A stretch of DNA of 64,000 nucleotides from an uncultured Candidatus Saccharibacteria bacterium. Lineage in GTDB: Bacteria; Patescibacteriota; WWE3; UBA101185; 2-01-FULL-41-18. Shown here piece by piece: positions 36,187 to 45,572 of this stretch. The stretch covers positions 938 through 64,937 of the forward strand of contig CAZWQF010000006.1 of the NCBI GenBank assembly GCA_964636285.1, read 5' to 3'. Each line of letters starts with the position of its first letter. Positions within the stretch are counted from its first letter, which is position 1. Position numbers and translations under genes: made by a program. Under the pieces are notes generated by a model. It worked only from the letters and a program-made list of their open reading frames with translations. It ran no database searches and had not been told where the DNA came from.

Positions 36187-38058
36187 TTAACTTAGCAATT
36201 CGTTTTTGGGGTGTTTAAAGCCAATAAGTTTTTCAAAATCCTCGGCCTCAAGGGTTTCTTTCACAATTAATTCTTCAGAAATTTTATCTAGCTGATCTCT
36301 ATGCTTAATCAAAATGTTCTTTGCGTTCTCAAAACAGGTATCAACAATCTTTTTAATTTCAGAATCAATTTTCTTTGTCACTTCTTCACTAAATGACTTG
36401 GATTCTCCCATCTGCATGGCCATAAATGATCTTCTTTCATCAACGGCATAATTGATAGGCCCAAGGTCACTCATTCCCCATTCGGTAACCATTCTTCTAG
36501 CAATATCAGAAGCCTTCTCAATGTCATTTGATGCGCCAACAGTCTGCTCTTTAAATACAATTTCTTCTGCAGCCCTTCCTCCCAACGAGGTTGTAATCAT
36601 AGACATAAGCCTTGTCTTTGTTTCATTAACTCTGTCATTTGTTGGAGGAAAAAGCGTGAATCCAAGCGACATACCTCTAGAAATTATTGAAATCCTATGC
36701 ACAGGGTCCATATTCTCAGAGTAAGCAGCAACTATCGCGTGACCTGCTTCATGATAAGCAACAACTTTTCTTTCCTCCTCTGACTGCATTTTCTTTTTCT
36801 CAGGACCAAGCTGAACCTTCAGTGCTGCTTCCTCAAGATCTTTGGAATCAACTGTCTTTTTACCAGCTCTTGCAGCAAGAATTGCGGCCTCGTTTATCAT
36901 GTTCTCAATATCAGCACCAGTAAAACCAACTGTTCTTCTAGCAATCTTTTCGGTATTTACATCTTCAACAAAAGGCTTGCCTTTCATGTGAAGCTTTATA
37001 ATCTCTTCTCTTTCTTTAAGGTCAGGAAGGGCAATCATGACTCTTCTATCAAACCTGCCTGGTCTAACAAGAGCCGAATCAAGCATGTCTGGCCTATTTG
37101 TTGCAGCAAGCACAATTACGCTAGTTCTTGGATCAAAACCATCCATCTCAACAAGAATCTGGTTCAAAGTTTGCTCTCTTTCATCATGACCTCCGCCTAT
37201 GCCCATTCCCCTTTGCCTTCCAATAGCATCAACCTCATCAATAAAAATTAACGAAGGCTGACTTGCCTTTGCCATCTCAAACAAATCTCTAACTCTCGCG
37301 CTTCCAACACCCACAAGCATTTCCATGAACTCGCTACCAGCAACGCTAAAGAAAGGTACATTAGCTTCACCAGCCACTGCCTTTGCCAAAAGCGTTTTAC
37401 CAACCCCAGCTGCCCCAACAAGCAAAACTCCTCTTGGAACTCTAGCTCCAAGAGCTCTGTACTTTGCAGGATTCTTCAAAAAGTCTACAACCTCAACAAG
37501 TTCTGCTTTTGCCTCTGCATTTCCAGCAACATCAGTGAACTTCACAGTAGAGTTATTCTTATTAAAAAGCTTGGCTTTAGACTTACCAAAGGCAAAAACG
37601 TCACCACCAGCCCCTTTAACCTGCCTAAATAAAAACAGGATGAATAGAATGGGAAGACCAATCTGTAAGAGAGTGACCCAAAAATCCATCCAAGGAACCG
37701 ATTGACTAACCTCAACACCGCCACTTATTTTTGAGATTTCAATGCTGTTATTCTTCAATAGATCAGAAAAGCTAATAGAAGATTCTTTTTCCGAAGCAAA
37801 CCTTGCCCCATCTTTTAACTCCACTTTAAGAAGGTCTCTATCTACAACCACCTTACTTACTTTATCTTCTTTTATAAGAACCAGCATTTCAGAAAGTGGT
37901 TTTTTTATACCTGCAACAGAGTCTTGAGCAGCACTGCTAAAGACCATTAGGGCCAAAAAAGATACAAAGAGCCAAAAGAAAACGTTATTAAATAATCCCT
38001 TTGGCTTAAGCTTTCCCACCTGATTTTGAATATTTTTTTTCTTATCGCTTGCTGGCAT
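36187..38058 (-). CDS. ftsH: ATP-dependent zinc metalloprotease FtsH
   Basis: AAA+ Walker A GAAGVGKT; SRH; zinc-binding HEAGHA; two N-terminal TMs. Confidence 0.9.
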   Translation of the reverse strand: MPASDKKKNIQNQVGKLKPKGLFNNVFFWLFVSFLALMVFSSAAQDSVAGIKKPLSEMLVLIKEDKVSKVVVDRDLLKVELKDGARFASEKESSISFSDLLKNNSIEISKISGGVEVSQSVPWMDFWVTLLQIGLPILFILFLFRQVKGAGGDVFAFGKSKAKLFNKNNSTVKFTDVAGNAEAKAELVEVVDFLKNPAKYRALGARVPRGVLLVGAAGVGKTLLAKAVAGEANVPFFSVAGSEFMEMLVGVGSARVRDLFEMAKASQPSLIFIDEVDAIGRQRGMGIGGGHDEREQTLNQILVEMDGFDPRTSVIVLAATNRPDMLDSALVRPGRFDRRVMIALPDLKEREEIIKLHMKGKPFVEDVNTEKIARRTVGFTGADIENMINEAAILAARAGKKTVDSKDLEEAALKVQLGPEKKKMQSEEERKVVAYHEAGHAIVAAYSENMDPVHRISIISRGMSLGFTLFPPTNDRVNETKTRLMSMITTSLGGRAAEEIVFKEQTVGASNDIEKASDIARRMVTEWGMSDLGPINYAVDERRSFMAMQMGESKSFSEEVTKKIDSEIKKIVDTCFENAKNILIKHRDQLDKISEELIVKETLEAEDFEKLIGFKHPKNELLS

Positions 38059-38076
38059 CTGGAAGAGTATATCAGA

Positions 38077-39084
38077 TTAAATGCTAATTTGCATTGCCTC
38101 TTTAGCGACATCTAGTGTCTTTTTTGCCTCAAATCTGGTCTTTTCGATTCCCGTAACAAGAATGTCTCTCACAAGATTTCTGTTATTTTCAAAATAAATT
38201 CTTTTCTCTCTAATAGGTGCAATAAATGCGTTTACCGCTACGAGAAGCTTCTGTTTTACCTCAACGTCGCCAACTTTACCTACAAGATACCTAGCTTTTA
38301 GATCTTCAACCTCTTCTTTATTCGAATTAAATGCGTCGTGGTAAATAAAAACAGGATTCCCCTCAACAGTCCCCGGATCCGTGGCTCTAATTCTCTTAGG
38401 GTCAGTGTACATATTCATTATCTTTTGTTTGACCTCTTCAGGCGAGTCGCTAAGATAAATGCAGTTACCAAGTGACTTGGTCATCTTGGCGCTTCCATCT
38501 GTACCTACAAGCCTCTTCACCCTTCCTACAAGCCCTTTTGTCTCCTTAAGCACTTCAGAGCCTTTACCGTAGTTTAAGTTGAAAGTCCTAACAATTTCAT
38601 TTGTTTGCTCCACGTGAGGAAGTTGGTCCTCCCCAACGGGTACTAGGTCGGCACCAACACTGATAATGTCAGCTGCCTGCAAAATAGGGAAGTTGATAAA
38701 GCCTAGGGAGTAGTTATCCCCCATACCTTTTACCTTAATCTCGTCTTTAATAGTAGGGTTTCTAAGCGCTCTAGAATGTGAAACAAGCATGCTAAAGATC
38801 ACACCAAGCTCATAAATTTCAGGTACGGAGGACTCTACAAAAATAAAAGACTTGTTTGGATCAAGCCCCACTGCAAGATTGTCCATTGCAACCTCAAATA
38901 CCGCCTGGCTAACAACTTCGGGGTTAGAAACATACTTTGGGTACGCAAAAGCATGCATATCCGCAAGGATAATAAAGGTTTCGTATTCTTCTTGGAGCTT
39001 TACTCTGTTTTCAAGAGAACCAACATAATGGCCTAAATGAAGCTTCCCAGTTGGGTTATCTCCTGTCAGAATTCGCTTTTTCAT
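38077..39084 (-). CDS. trpS: tryptophan--tRNA ligase
   Basis: HIGH-type TGKLHLGHYVG; KMSKS-type KMTKSLG; ~335 aa. Confidence 0.85.
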   Translation of the reverse strand: MKKRILTGDNPTGKLHLGHYVGSLENRVKLQEEYETFIILADMHAFAYPKYVSNPEVVSQAVFEVAMDNLAVGLDPNKSFIFVESSVPEIYELGVIFSMLVSHSRALRNPTIKDEIKVKGMGDNYSLGFINFPILQAADIISVGADLVPVGEDQLPHVEQTNEIVRTFNLNYGKGSEVLKETKGLVGRVKRLVGTDGSAKMTKSLGNCIYLSDSPEEVKQKIMNMYTDPKRIRATDPGTVEGNPVFIYHDAFNSNKEEVEDLKARYLVGKVGDVEVKQKLLVAVNAFIAPIREKRIYFENNRNLVRDILVTGIEKTRFEAKKTLDVAKEAMQISI

Positions 39085-39127
39085 GTGCTGATTATAAAGG
39101 TAAAAAGGCTAAATCGCGAGGATTTCT

Positions 39128-39202
39128 TGGTGCCAGCGGTAGGAATTGAACCTACAACATGAGCTTTATGAGGGCTCCGTTCCACCATTGAACTACGCTG
39201 GC
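39128..39202 (-). tRNA. tRNA with CAT anticodon (elongator tRNA-Met, or tRNA-Ile2 if lysidinylated)
   Basis: A cloverleaf folded by hand. The acceptor stem is GCCAGCG/CGCTGGC, the D-stem GTTC/GAAC, the anticodon loop CTCATAA, the T-loop TTCAATT. The 3' CCA is encoded. Confidence 0.75.
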
Positions 39203-39291
39203 AAACACCGCAGATATAGTTAACTCAGTGGATTATATCAAATTGTTGTAAAAATAGGGAAGCTTAGAGCTATGGGATAATAGGGACTTTT

Positions 39292-39365
39292 GGTTGCGGG
39301 GCCCGGATTCGCACCGGGACCTTCAGATTATGAGCCTGACGAGGTGCTATTCCTCCACCCCGCGT
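39292..39365 (-). tRNA. initiator tRNA-fMet (CAT)
   Basis: The sequence CGCGGGGTGGAGG...GGCTCATAATCTGAAGGTCCCGG TGCGAAT CCGGGCCCCGCAACCA has a C1:A72 mismatch. It is near-identical in its ends to canonical bacterial tRNA-fMet. The anticodon is CAT. Confidence 0.8.
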
Positions 39366-39404
39366 CAAAGTCCGCCAGTATAGTACCACTTAAGCCTGTA
39401 CCTG

Positions 39405-39833
39405 TCAAAAAAAGAGCTCCAGCCACTTTTTGTAATTTGGGAGACTTGCCTTATCAACCATACCCTCTCGTAGCTCCTCCGATAAACTCTTCCCCTGTGT
39501 AGAGGCACCTGCAACCACAGGAATTAAGACTTTTTCCCCAGGCTTTGCCAAATTAAGCTTGTTTCTTGCAACACCCTCAACAAACCCTTCGGTTTTACTA
39601 TACTCATACTCACTGGACAGCTTTTTATTGTCCTCTTTCATACTAAAAACCTCACTCCTAAGTTGCTCCAACCTCTTGCTACTTTCATGAATTTCAAGTG
39701 TAGTTTTGGTAATATTATAGGTTGCCACAAGGAATAAGGCAGCAAACAGGAGATATTTAGCTCTGGACAGGATTTCAAACATATTTGTAAGCTCCAAACA
39801 GACCCATAGAGTAGGTTTGACAGCATCTTCCAA
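39405..39833 (-). CDS. FtsB/DivIC-like septum formation initiator
   Basis: Single TM plus coiled coil; a C-terminal KTEGFVEGVARNKLNLAKPGEKVLIPV motif typical of the FtsB family. The true start is likely the internal Met in MFEILSRAKY. Confidence 0.55.
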   Translation of the reverse strand: MEDAVKPTLWVCLELTNMFEILSRAKYLLFAALFLVATYNITKTTLEIHESSKRLEQLRSEVFSMKEDNKKLSSEYEYSKTEGFVEGVARNKLNLAKPGEKVLIPVVAGASTQGKSLSEELREGMVDKASLPNYKKWLELFF

Positions 39834-39835
39834 TA

Positions 39836-40747
39836 ATGCTAATCTACCCCATAGGAGTCACAATTTCAAGGATATTAAACAATATGATACCACTTAAAAC
39901 AGCTCATAAAAACTTTGTTGAGCACTTAAAAACCAATAACAGATCAGAAGCTACAGTCATAGCCTATAGTAAGGATGTTGAGCAGCTTAACGATTTCCTT
40001 TATAAAAAGGGCAGAAACCTTGTTCATGAGGTGATTCTTCAGGATTTAGTTGAATACATGAAGAAGCTTGCAACTGAGTCTTTTACCGCCAAATCAATCT
40101 CAAGAAAGACCAATTCCACAAAGACCTTCTTTAAATATTTAAAAATTGAAGGACACGTTGAAACAGACCCGGCAACAGAGCTTTCGCATCCTAAAGTAGA
40201 TCCAAAAGCACCAAGAATACTTTCTAAAGTAGAGTACAGAGCTCTCAGGGACGCTTGTAAAAACGATATCAGAACATTAGCTATTGTCGAACTTTTACTT
40301 CAAACAGGTATAAGAATAGGGGAACTTGCAAAGCTTAAAGTCTCAGATATCTCAAACGGTGATAGCGGAAAGCTTAAAGTACCTTCTCTTGGAACACACC
40401 AAGAAAGAGAAGTACCCCTCAACCAAGCAGCCCAAAAGGCTCTCAGAGATTACATTCATATCAGAGGAGAAGTTAAAAACGACCACCTTTTTGTGACCAA
40501 AACAGGCAACCCACTTCTTGTAAGAAACATCAGAGCTACAATTGACAGGTTCTTTAGACTTGCAGGAATCGAAGGGGCAAAAGTCAACGACCTTAGACAC
40601 ACTTTTGTTGCTCACCACCTCAGAGAAGGGGCAAATCTTGTCCTGATCTCAAAGATTGCAGGGCACAAAAGAATTTCTACTACAGAAAAATATCTTGAGT
40701 ATGTAGAAAGAAAAGGCGAAGAAAAAACAGATCTTGTTGAGCTCTAA
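39836..40747 (+). CDS. tyrosine site-specific recombinase (XerC/XerD family)
   Basis: N-terminal SAM-like domain; C-terminal catalytic R...HxxR...Y (RHTFVAHHLREGANLVLISKIAGHKRISTTEKYLEY). Confidence 0.75.
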   Translation: MLIYPIGVTISRILNNMIPLKTAHKNFVEHLKTNNRSEATVIAYSKDVEQLNDFLYKKGRNLVHEVILQDLVEYMKKLATESFTAKSISRKTNSTKTFFKYLKIEGHVETDPATELSHPKVDPKAPRILSKVEYRALRDACKNDIRTLAIVELLLQTGIRIGELAKLKVSDISNGDSGKLKVPSLGTHQEREVPLNQAAQKALRDYIHIRGEVKNDHLFVTKTGNPLLVRNIRATIDRFFRLAGIEGAKVNDLRHTFVAHHLREGANLVLISKIAGHKRISTTEKYLEYVERKGEEKTDLVEL

Positions 40748-40750
40748 TCC

Positions 40751-41155
40751 TTATTTAGCGGTTTTTGTAACCTTAACCCTTGAAACAACAAGGTAAGCGC
40801 AAAGAGCTATAAACACAAGGGAAACTCCCATAACACCTATTTCAAACAGACCTATTGATGTGCTGTTATTTTTGTATCCAGGGCTTTTGCAGTATTCTGA
40901 AATAACAGAGAAATCAGGCCCCAAATCCTTCACCACAAAAGACATTTTTCCAACACTTTCAGGAATCTGGCAGTAAGTTGCAAGCTCTTCACCTAAGTTT
41001 GGATTTTCAACCTCGCCCCCATACCTTACAACGCAGTCGCCCTGTGAATTTTTACCCACCACTTCGTAGGCAAAAGACCCATAAGTGATATACACTCGCT
41101 CTTTCGCAGGCGCACATTCCAAAAAATCAATTGAGACTGTTCTTATATCTGACAT
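40751..41155 (-). CDS. hypothetical tail-anchored membrane protein
   Basis: C-terminal TM (MGVSLVFIALCAYLVVS); no motif. Confidence 0.4.
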   Translation of the reverse strand: MSDIRTVSIDFLECAPAKERVYITYGSFAYEVVGKNSQGDCVVRYGGEVENPNLGEELATYCQIPESVGKMSFVVKDLGPDFSVISEYCKSPGYKNNSTSIGLFEIGVMGVSLVFIALCAYLVVSRVKVTKTAK

Positions 41156-41168
41156 AGCTTTACTCTAA

Positions 41169-42908
41169 ATGATACTATATTTACACATGGACTTTTTCAT
41201 TGAGTTAAGCACACTGCTCTTACTTACTCTCTCAGTTTCTATTGTTATGAGGCTTTTAAAACAGCCTCTCATAATAGGTTATATATTTGCTGGTATTCTT
41301 GCAGGGCCTCATTTTCTAAACCTACTTAAGTCCCCTGAAATAGTTGAGGTGTTTTCAAAATTTGGAATTGAAGTGCTTTTGTTTATTGTGGGACTAGGGC
41401 TTAGCCCAAAGGTTGTAAAGGAACTGGGTAAAGTATCGCTGGCAACAGGCGCAGGTCAAGTTGTAGCAACATCAGTAATTGGATACTTTATTGGCACAGC
41501 ACTTGGATATAAAAGTTTAGAAGCTGCATATATCTCTATTGCTTTAACATTTAGCAGCACAATAATCATCTTAAAACTTCTATCTGACAAAGGAGACGTA
41601 AATAAACTTTACGGTCGAATAGCTGTAGGCTTTCTACTCGTTCAGGACCTTGTAGCAACAATGTTACTTGTTTTTGTATCAGCCGCATCCTCTGCTTCTG
41701 GACAAGCAAACCCTGCGGCAACGGTGTCATTAATATTCCTAAAAGGTATTGCTCTACTTGTTCTCCTCTTTGCAATCTCAAACTACCTTCTCCCAAAGCT
41801 AGAATCTTTTTTGGCAGGATCCCAAGAACTTCTCTTTATTTTTTCACTCGCATGGGGAGCAGGTATAGGCAGTTTGTACTATATCAGTGGCCTTTCGATT
41901 GAAATCGGAGCTCTTGTTGCAGGAGTTTGCCTTTCAATGACACCTTACGCAGGAGAAGTTGCCTCAAGACTTAAGCCTCTTAGAGACTTTTTTATTGTAA
42001 TGTTCTTCTTGTTTTTAGGGTCTCAGATGTCCGGCGCAAATTGGCAAAACATGATTGTTCCAATTATTGTTTTCTCTCTATTCATTCTTGTTGGTAACCC
42101 CTTAATCATGCTCATTGTAATGAACATTCTAGGGTTTAGCACAAGGACAGGTTTTCTTAGTGGACTCCTTGCAGCTCAGATCAGCGAATTCTCCCTCATA
42201 TTAATTGCGCTTGCATATAAAGTTGGTCATATCTCAAACGAAGTAGTCTCAATGGTAACAATCGTGGGTGTAATTACAATTTCAGGGTCTACTTATTTAA
42301 TCCTTTCTGGCGAAAAGCTTTACGAGTACCTAAAAGGACACCTCAAACACTTTGAGATCAGAAAACAAAGATCAGAAAAAGACGAAAACCCAGGCCGATA
42401 CGATGCCATTCTTTTTGGCTACCATAGAGTTGGTAGGGATTTTGTGGACCTGTTTAAAAGGCTAAACTTTGAGTATCTTGTAATAGATTTCAATCCAGAA
42501 GCTATCAGAAAACTCACGGAAAGTGGAATCCCAAACAGGTATGGCGACGTTGAGGACATAGAGTTTTTGGACGAGCTTCCGTTAAATGAGGTTAAACTTG
42601 TTGTGTCCACAGTTCCGGATTATGATGCAAACCTGCTTCTTGTTAAACGAATAAGAAATGCGAACCAAGCCACTTCCGTAATTGTAATATCAAAAAACAT
42701 TGAAGACGCCCTAGATCTATACAACTCAGGTGCAAGTTATGTTGTAATGCCTCACTACCTAGGCGCAAAGTTTGCAAGCCAAGTTATATCAAGAAACAAC
42801 ATAAACCCAAACACAATGCTACAAGAAAGAGAAGCTCACATAGAATATTTGAAGAAAAAACTCCTGGTGGGTCAGGATGGGATCGAACCATCGACATCCA
42901 CTTTATAA
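41169..42908 (+). CDS. monovalent cation:proton antiporter (CPA2/Kef-type) with C-terminal RCK/TrkA-N domain
   Basis: Twelve or more N-terminal TMs of the Na+/H+ exchanger family, and a C-terminal Rossmann-like RCK domain (ILFGYHRVGRDFVDL). The last ~15 codons are antisense to the tRNA-Ile gene. Confidence 0.75.
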   Translation: MILYLHMDFFIELSTLLLLTLSVSIVMRLLKQPLIIGYIFAGILAGPHFLNLLKSPEIVEVFSKFGIEVLLFIVGLGLSPKVVKELGKVSLATGAGQVVATSVIGYFIGTALGYKSLEAAYISIALTFSSTIIILKLLSDKGDVNKLYGRIAVGFLLVQDLVATMLLVFVSAASSASGQANPAATVSLIFLKGIALLVLLFAISNYLLPKLESFLAGSQELLFIFSLAWGAGIGSLYYISGLSIEIGALVAGVCLSMTPYAGEVASRLKPLRDFFIVMFFLFLGSQMSGANWQNMIVPIIVFSLFILVGNPLIMLIVMNILGFSTRTGFLSGLLAAQISEFSLILIALAYKVGHISNEVVSMVTIVGVITISGSTYLILSGEKLYEYLKGHLKHFEIRKQRSEKDENPGRYDAILFGYHRVGRDFVDLFKRLNFEYLVIDFNPEAIRKLTESGIPNRYGDVEDIEFLDELPLNEVKLVVSTVPDYDANLLLVKRIRNANQATSVIVISKNIEDALDLYNSGASYVVMPHYLGAKFASQVISRNNINPNTMLQEREAHIEYLKKKLLVGQDGIEPSTSTL

Positions 42909-42939
42909 GAGTGGCGCTCTACCACTGAGCTACTGACCC
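42865..42939 (-). tRNA. tRNA-Ile (UAU anticodon, gene TAT)
   Basis: The sequence GGGTCAGTAGCTCAGTGGTAGAGCG CCACT CTTATAA AGTGG ATGTC GATGG TTCGATC CCATC CTGACCC A CCA folds into a perfect cloverleaf. The acceptor and D arms are Ile-like. Confidence 0.8.
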
Positions 42940-43021
42940 AGGAACAAGCTAACTCAAAGGATTATATCACTTAAATATATTTAAATTACATGTGATTAAA
43001 AGGAATTTCTAAAAGTGTAAG

Positions 43022-43396
43022 CTATTTAACTTCTCCTGACACAACCTTGTTTTCGGTCTTAAAAACCTTGCCATCCTCAGTCTTTATTTCAACTGAAAAG
43101 TTGTTTTCTTTGCCTGGAAGCAAACCATCAATGTAGTACGAGTGCTCTGTTGTAGGACCTTTCTCAGAGGTTTCAACCCCGTACAAAGGCGTTGTTCCAT
43201 AATGTACTTTGGTTGTAACTGGTTTTTGAGTCTTAAAAGAAAGCACCATCCCTGAACTTTCAACCCTTGAATACGAAAGCTCGTTCAAGTGAACCCCTTT
43301 AATTCGCATTAAAATACTGTTTTTATTCCAATAAAAGTAACCCCCAGCAATTCCAAGTAAAAACATTATTAGAAACACAACTATGTAAACTTTCAT
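43022..43396 (-). CDS. hypothetical membrane-anchored protein
   Basis: N-terminal TM; 124 aa. Confidence 0.4.
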   Translation of the reverse strand: MKVYIVVFLIMFLLGIAGGYFYWNKNSILMRIKGVHLNELSYSRVESSGMVLSFKTQKPVTTKVHYGTTPLYGVETSEKGPTTEHSYYIDGLLPGKENNFSVEIKTEDGKVFKTENKVVSGEVK

Positions 43397-43755
43397 AGAT
43401 CTTTAAGGTCTGAAGAGAAAATAAAGCTTTTGAATTTTCTTAAAAGCCTCTTGTTCTTTTTATACGCTTTACCTTTATAGTCATTAATTTGTCTGATAAC
43501 CTCCTCTATAGACTCATCTATAGCCCCCTCAACACTAAAACCACCGGCATTTGCAATAAAGGACTTGTTAGGAACAAACACCTCTGACTTAACAACAAAT
43601 CCAAACCTTGGGCCTTTATTTATCACCATTCTGATTTCTCGTAAGTCCTCGCCAACATCTTTAATAACTCGTTCGATTTTCTTGGCTTTCTCTAAAGCTA
43701 ATTCATGTGTAGTGGGTCTTAATTGAAGATTTGTAGATGTAATTTGGTATCCCAT
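43393..43755 (-). CDS. hpf: ribosome hibernation promoting factor / RaiA (YfiA family)
   Basis: MGYQITSTNLQLRPTTHELALEKAKKIERV... conserved HPF/RaiA fold; 120 aa. Confidence 0.75.
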   Translation of the reverse strand: MGYQITSTNLQLRPTTHELALEKAKKIERVIKDVGEDLREIRMVINKGPRFGFVVKSEVFVPNKSFIANAGGFSVEGAIDESIEEVIRQINDYKGKAYKKNKRLLRKFKSFIFSSDLKDL

Positions 43756-43820
43756 GTCTCTATTAAGAGTATAGCACTTAAGCAGCTACGTATAAATAAG
43801 AATTATCACAAAGCTAAAGA

Positions 43821-44957
43821 TCAGGATTCCAAAACGAATGGAGCCCTTGAATCTATAGTTTTTTGCATGAGAGCCCTGTCTTGAGGCCTGTTTATTAGCA
43901 CACATCCGTCAAGCTTTCCCTCTCGCACAAAAAACTGAGCACATTCGGTAGGCGAATAGAACTTTGTGGAAGTCTTAGTTTTTTCATCAACTCCGGTAAA
44001 CCCCACAAAGACCAAATTGAGCTCCTTTATGTTTGAGGAATAAGAAGATAGGCTATCGAATGATAAGTTCTCGCCAAGCATATTAAACCCCGCAGCCCTT
44101 CCACTGGTAAGCGCGTTATTCCAGTTTCCATACCTTACATATCTCCCAAGCTTGTTGCTGTAGAATTTAGCTATATCCCCAGCCGCGTACACATCAGGAA
44201 TGTTTGTTTTAAGTGTTGCGTCTGTAACAATCCCCATATCAAAAGTTAACGGGGAGTCTTTCATAAACCCTCTTTGCATTTCGATTCCAATACCCACTCC
44301 AACCACAGTTTTAGGATCTTCAACAAAAACTTTATAGGAGTCTGGCATATCTGACTTAAAGATTTTTACACCTTTATGCTCAAGGATCTGGATAATTGTG
44401 TTTGACACCTGGGGATCAAGAAATCCTGCCCAAAAACCTTTTTTTGAAACTCCAAGATAGGACTCAAGACCTGCTCTTAAAAAGCTTTCGATGAGCTCAA
44501 GAGCAATAAAACCACTTCCAATCACAGCCCCTCTAGTCGACTTCTGAATTGAGTCAACAAGCCTATCTGCGTCCTCAATGGTGTACATAAAATGGCCGTT
44601 ATCTACCCCTGTAAGCTTTCTAGGAGCGCCTCCAGTAGTAATTAGGAGCTTCTTATACCCAAACGAATCCCCATCAAAGCAATGCACTGTTTTTTTATCA
44701 AAATCAATGGATTGAACCTCTTTTGAAACCAAATATTCAATGTTTTTTGCCCTGTAATCTTCAAGGCTTCTTAAAAATATTTCTGATCTTTTCTTTTCGC
44801 CTCTAATGTAGTGAGGGATTAAAACTCTGGAGTATAAAGGATTTGCCTCATGGGATAAAACAGTCACCAAGGAAGTAGTGTCTTTACTCCTGATAGCTTC
44901 TGCTGCGGAAGTTCCAGCAATACCCCCACCAATAATTAAAAAATCAACATTTTTCAC
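43821..44957 (-). CDS. FAD-dependent pyridine nucleotide-disulfide oxidoreductase family protein
   Basis: N-terminal FAD motif IIGGGIAGTSAAE; second Rossmann GSGFIALE; no CxxC redox centre. Confidence 0.6.
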   Translation of the reverse strand: MKNVDFLIIGGGIAGTSAAEAIRSKDTTSLVTVLSHEANPLYSRVLIPHYIRGEKKRSEIFLRSLEDYRAKNIEYLVSKEVQSIDFDKKTVHCFDGDSFGYKKLLITTGGAPRKLTGVDNGHFMYTIEDADRLVDSIQKSTRGAVIGSGFIALELIESFLRAGLESYLGVSKKGFWAGFLDPQVSNTIIQILEHKGVKIFKSDMPDSYKVFVEDPKTVVGVGIGIEMQRGFMKDSPLTFDMGIVTDATLKTNIPDVYAAGDIAKFYSNKLGRYVRYGNWNNALTSGRAAGFNMLGENLSFDSLSSYSSNIKELNLVFVGFTGVDEKTKTSTKFYSPTECAQFFVREGKLDGCVLINRPQDRALMQKTIDSRAPFVLES

Positions 44958-45011
44958 CCACCGATAATACTCTGCAACCTAGTTTTTTAGCAAGGATCAA
45001 ACCCTGTAGTA

Positions 45012-45572
45012 TTACTTCTTTAAGGAGTTGGAAAGAGCAGGGGAGAATCTCACAGGATCTCCAACATTAAAGCCAAACCTCTCAGCTAGCCCTGAATTTA
45101 CCTCAACAACATATTTTGCATTCGAATCAGGAGTTATTTGATAGCAGGTCTCTTTTGTCTTACAAGGCTCGGCGTTTTGTTTAATGTAAGACACCTTAAA
45201 ATCTTCAGAAACCCAGACTATATCAAGAGGAATTAAAGTTTTATACATCCAAAACGAGGGCCTTCCTACCGAATCAAACACAAAAAGCATCCCGGAATCT
45301 TTTGGAAGCGAACTTCTTCCCATAAGGCCCCTTGCCCTTTCGTTAAAAGAATCCGCAACCTCAACATCAAAACGCTGGTTTTTAACTTCAACCCAAACAT
45401 CTTTTGAAACGCTTTGCCTCAAAACGGAGTCTTTGCTTGGTTTCATTGTAAGAAGAGCAACAAAAGAAATTACTCCAAAAATTATGATTGGAATAACTAT
45501 GAAAACCGACATTTTTCTTTTTTTGACTGCATCGGGGTCGGCAGTGTTCTTTAATACTTCCTGCATATTCAA
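45012..45572 (-). CDS. DUF192 (COG1430) domain protein, membrane-anchored
   Basis: ERARGLMGR...GMLFVF...PLDIVWVSEDFKV pattern characteristic of DUF192. Confidence 0.6.
   Translation of the reverse strand: MNMQEVLKNTADPDAVKKRKMSVFIVIPIIIFGVISFVALLTMKPSKDSVLRQSVSKDVWVEVKNQRFDVEVADSFNERARGLMGRSSLPKDSGMLFVFDSVGRPSFWMYKTLIPLDIVWVSEDFKVSYIKQNAEPCKTKETCYQITPDSNAKYVVEVNSGLAERFGFNVGDPVRFSPALSNSLKK

Noticed and set aside
36187-39084. Short plus-strand ORFs overlapping ftsH and trpS (for example 36452..36724, 37325..37705)
   Set aside because: They are antisense to well-supported essential genes and have no independent support.
39836-40747. Tyrosine recombinase as the integrase of a tRNA-inserted mobile element
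   Set aside because: It has the XerC/D-like two-domain architecture. It is on the 5' side of the tRNAs and separated from them by an ftsB-like gene. I find no att direct repeat and no cargo or phage genes. It is more likely the chromosomal Xer recombinase, so I kept it only as a low-interest finding.
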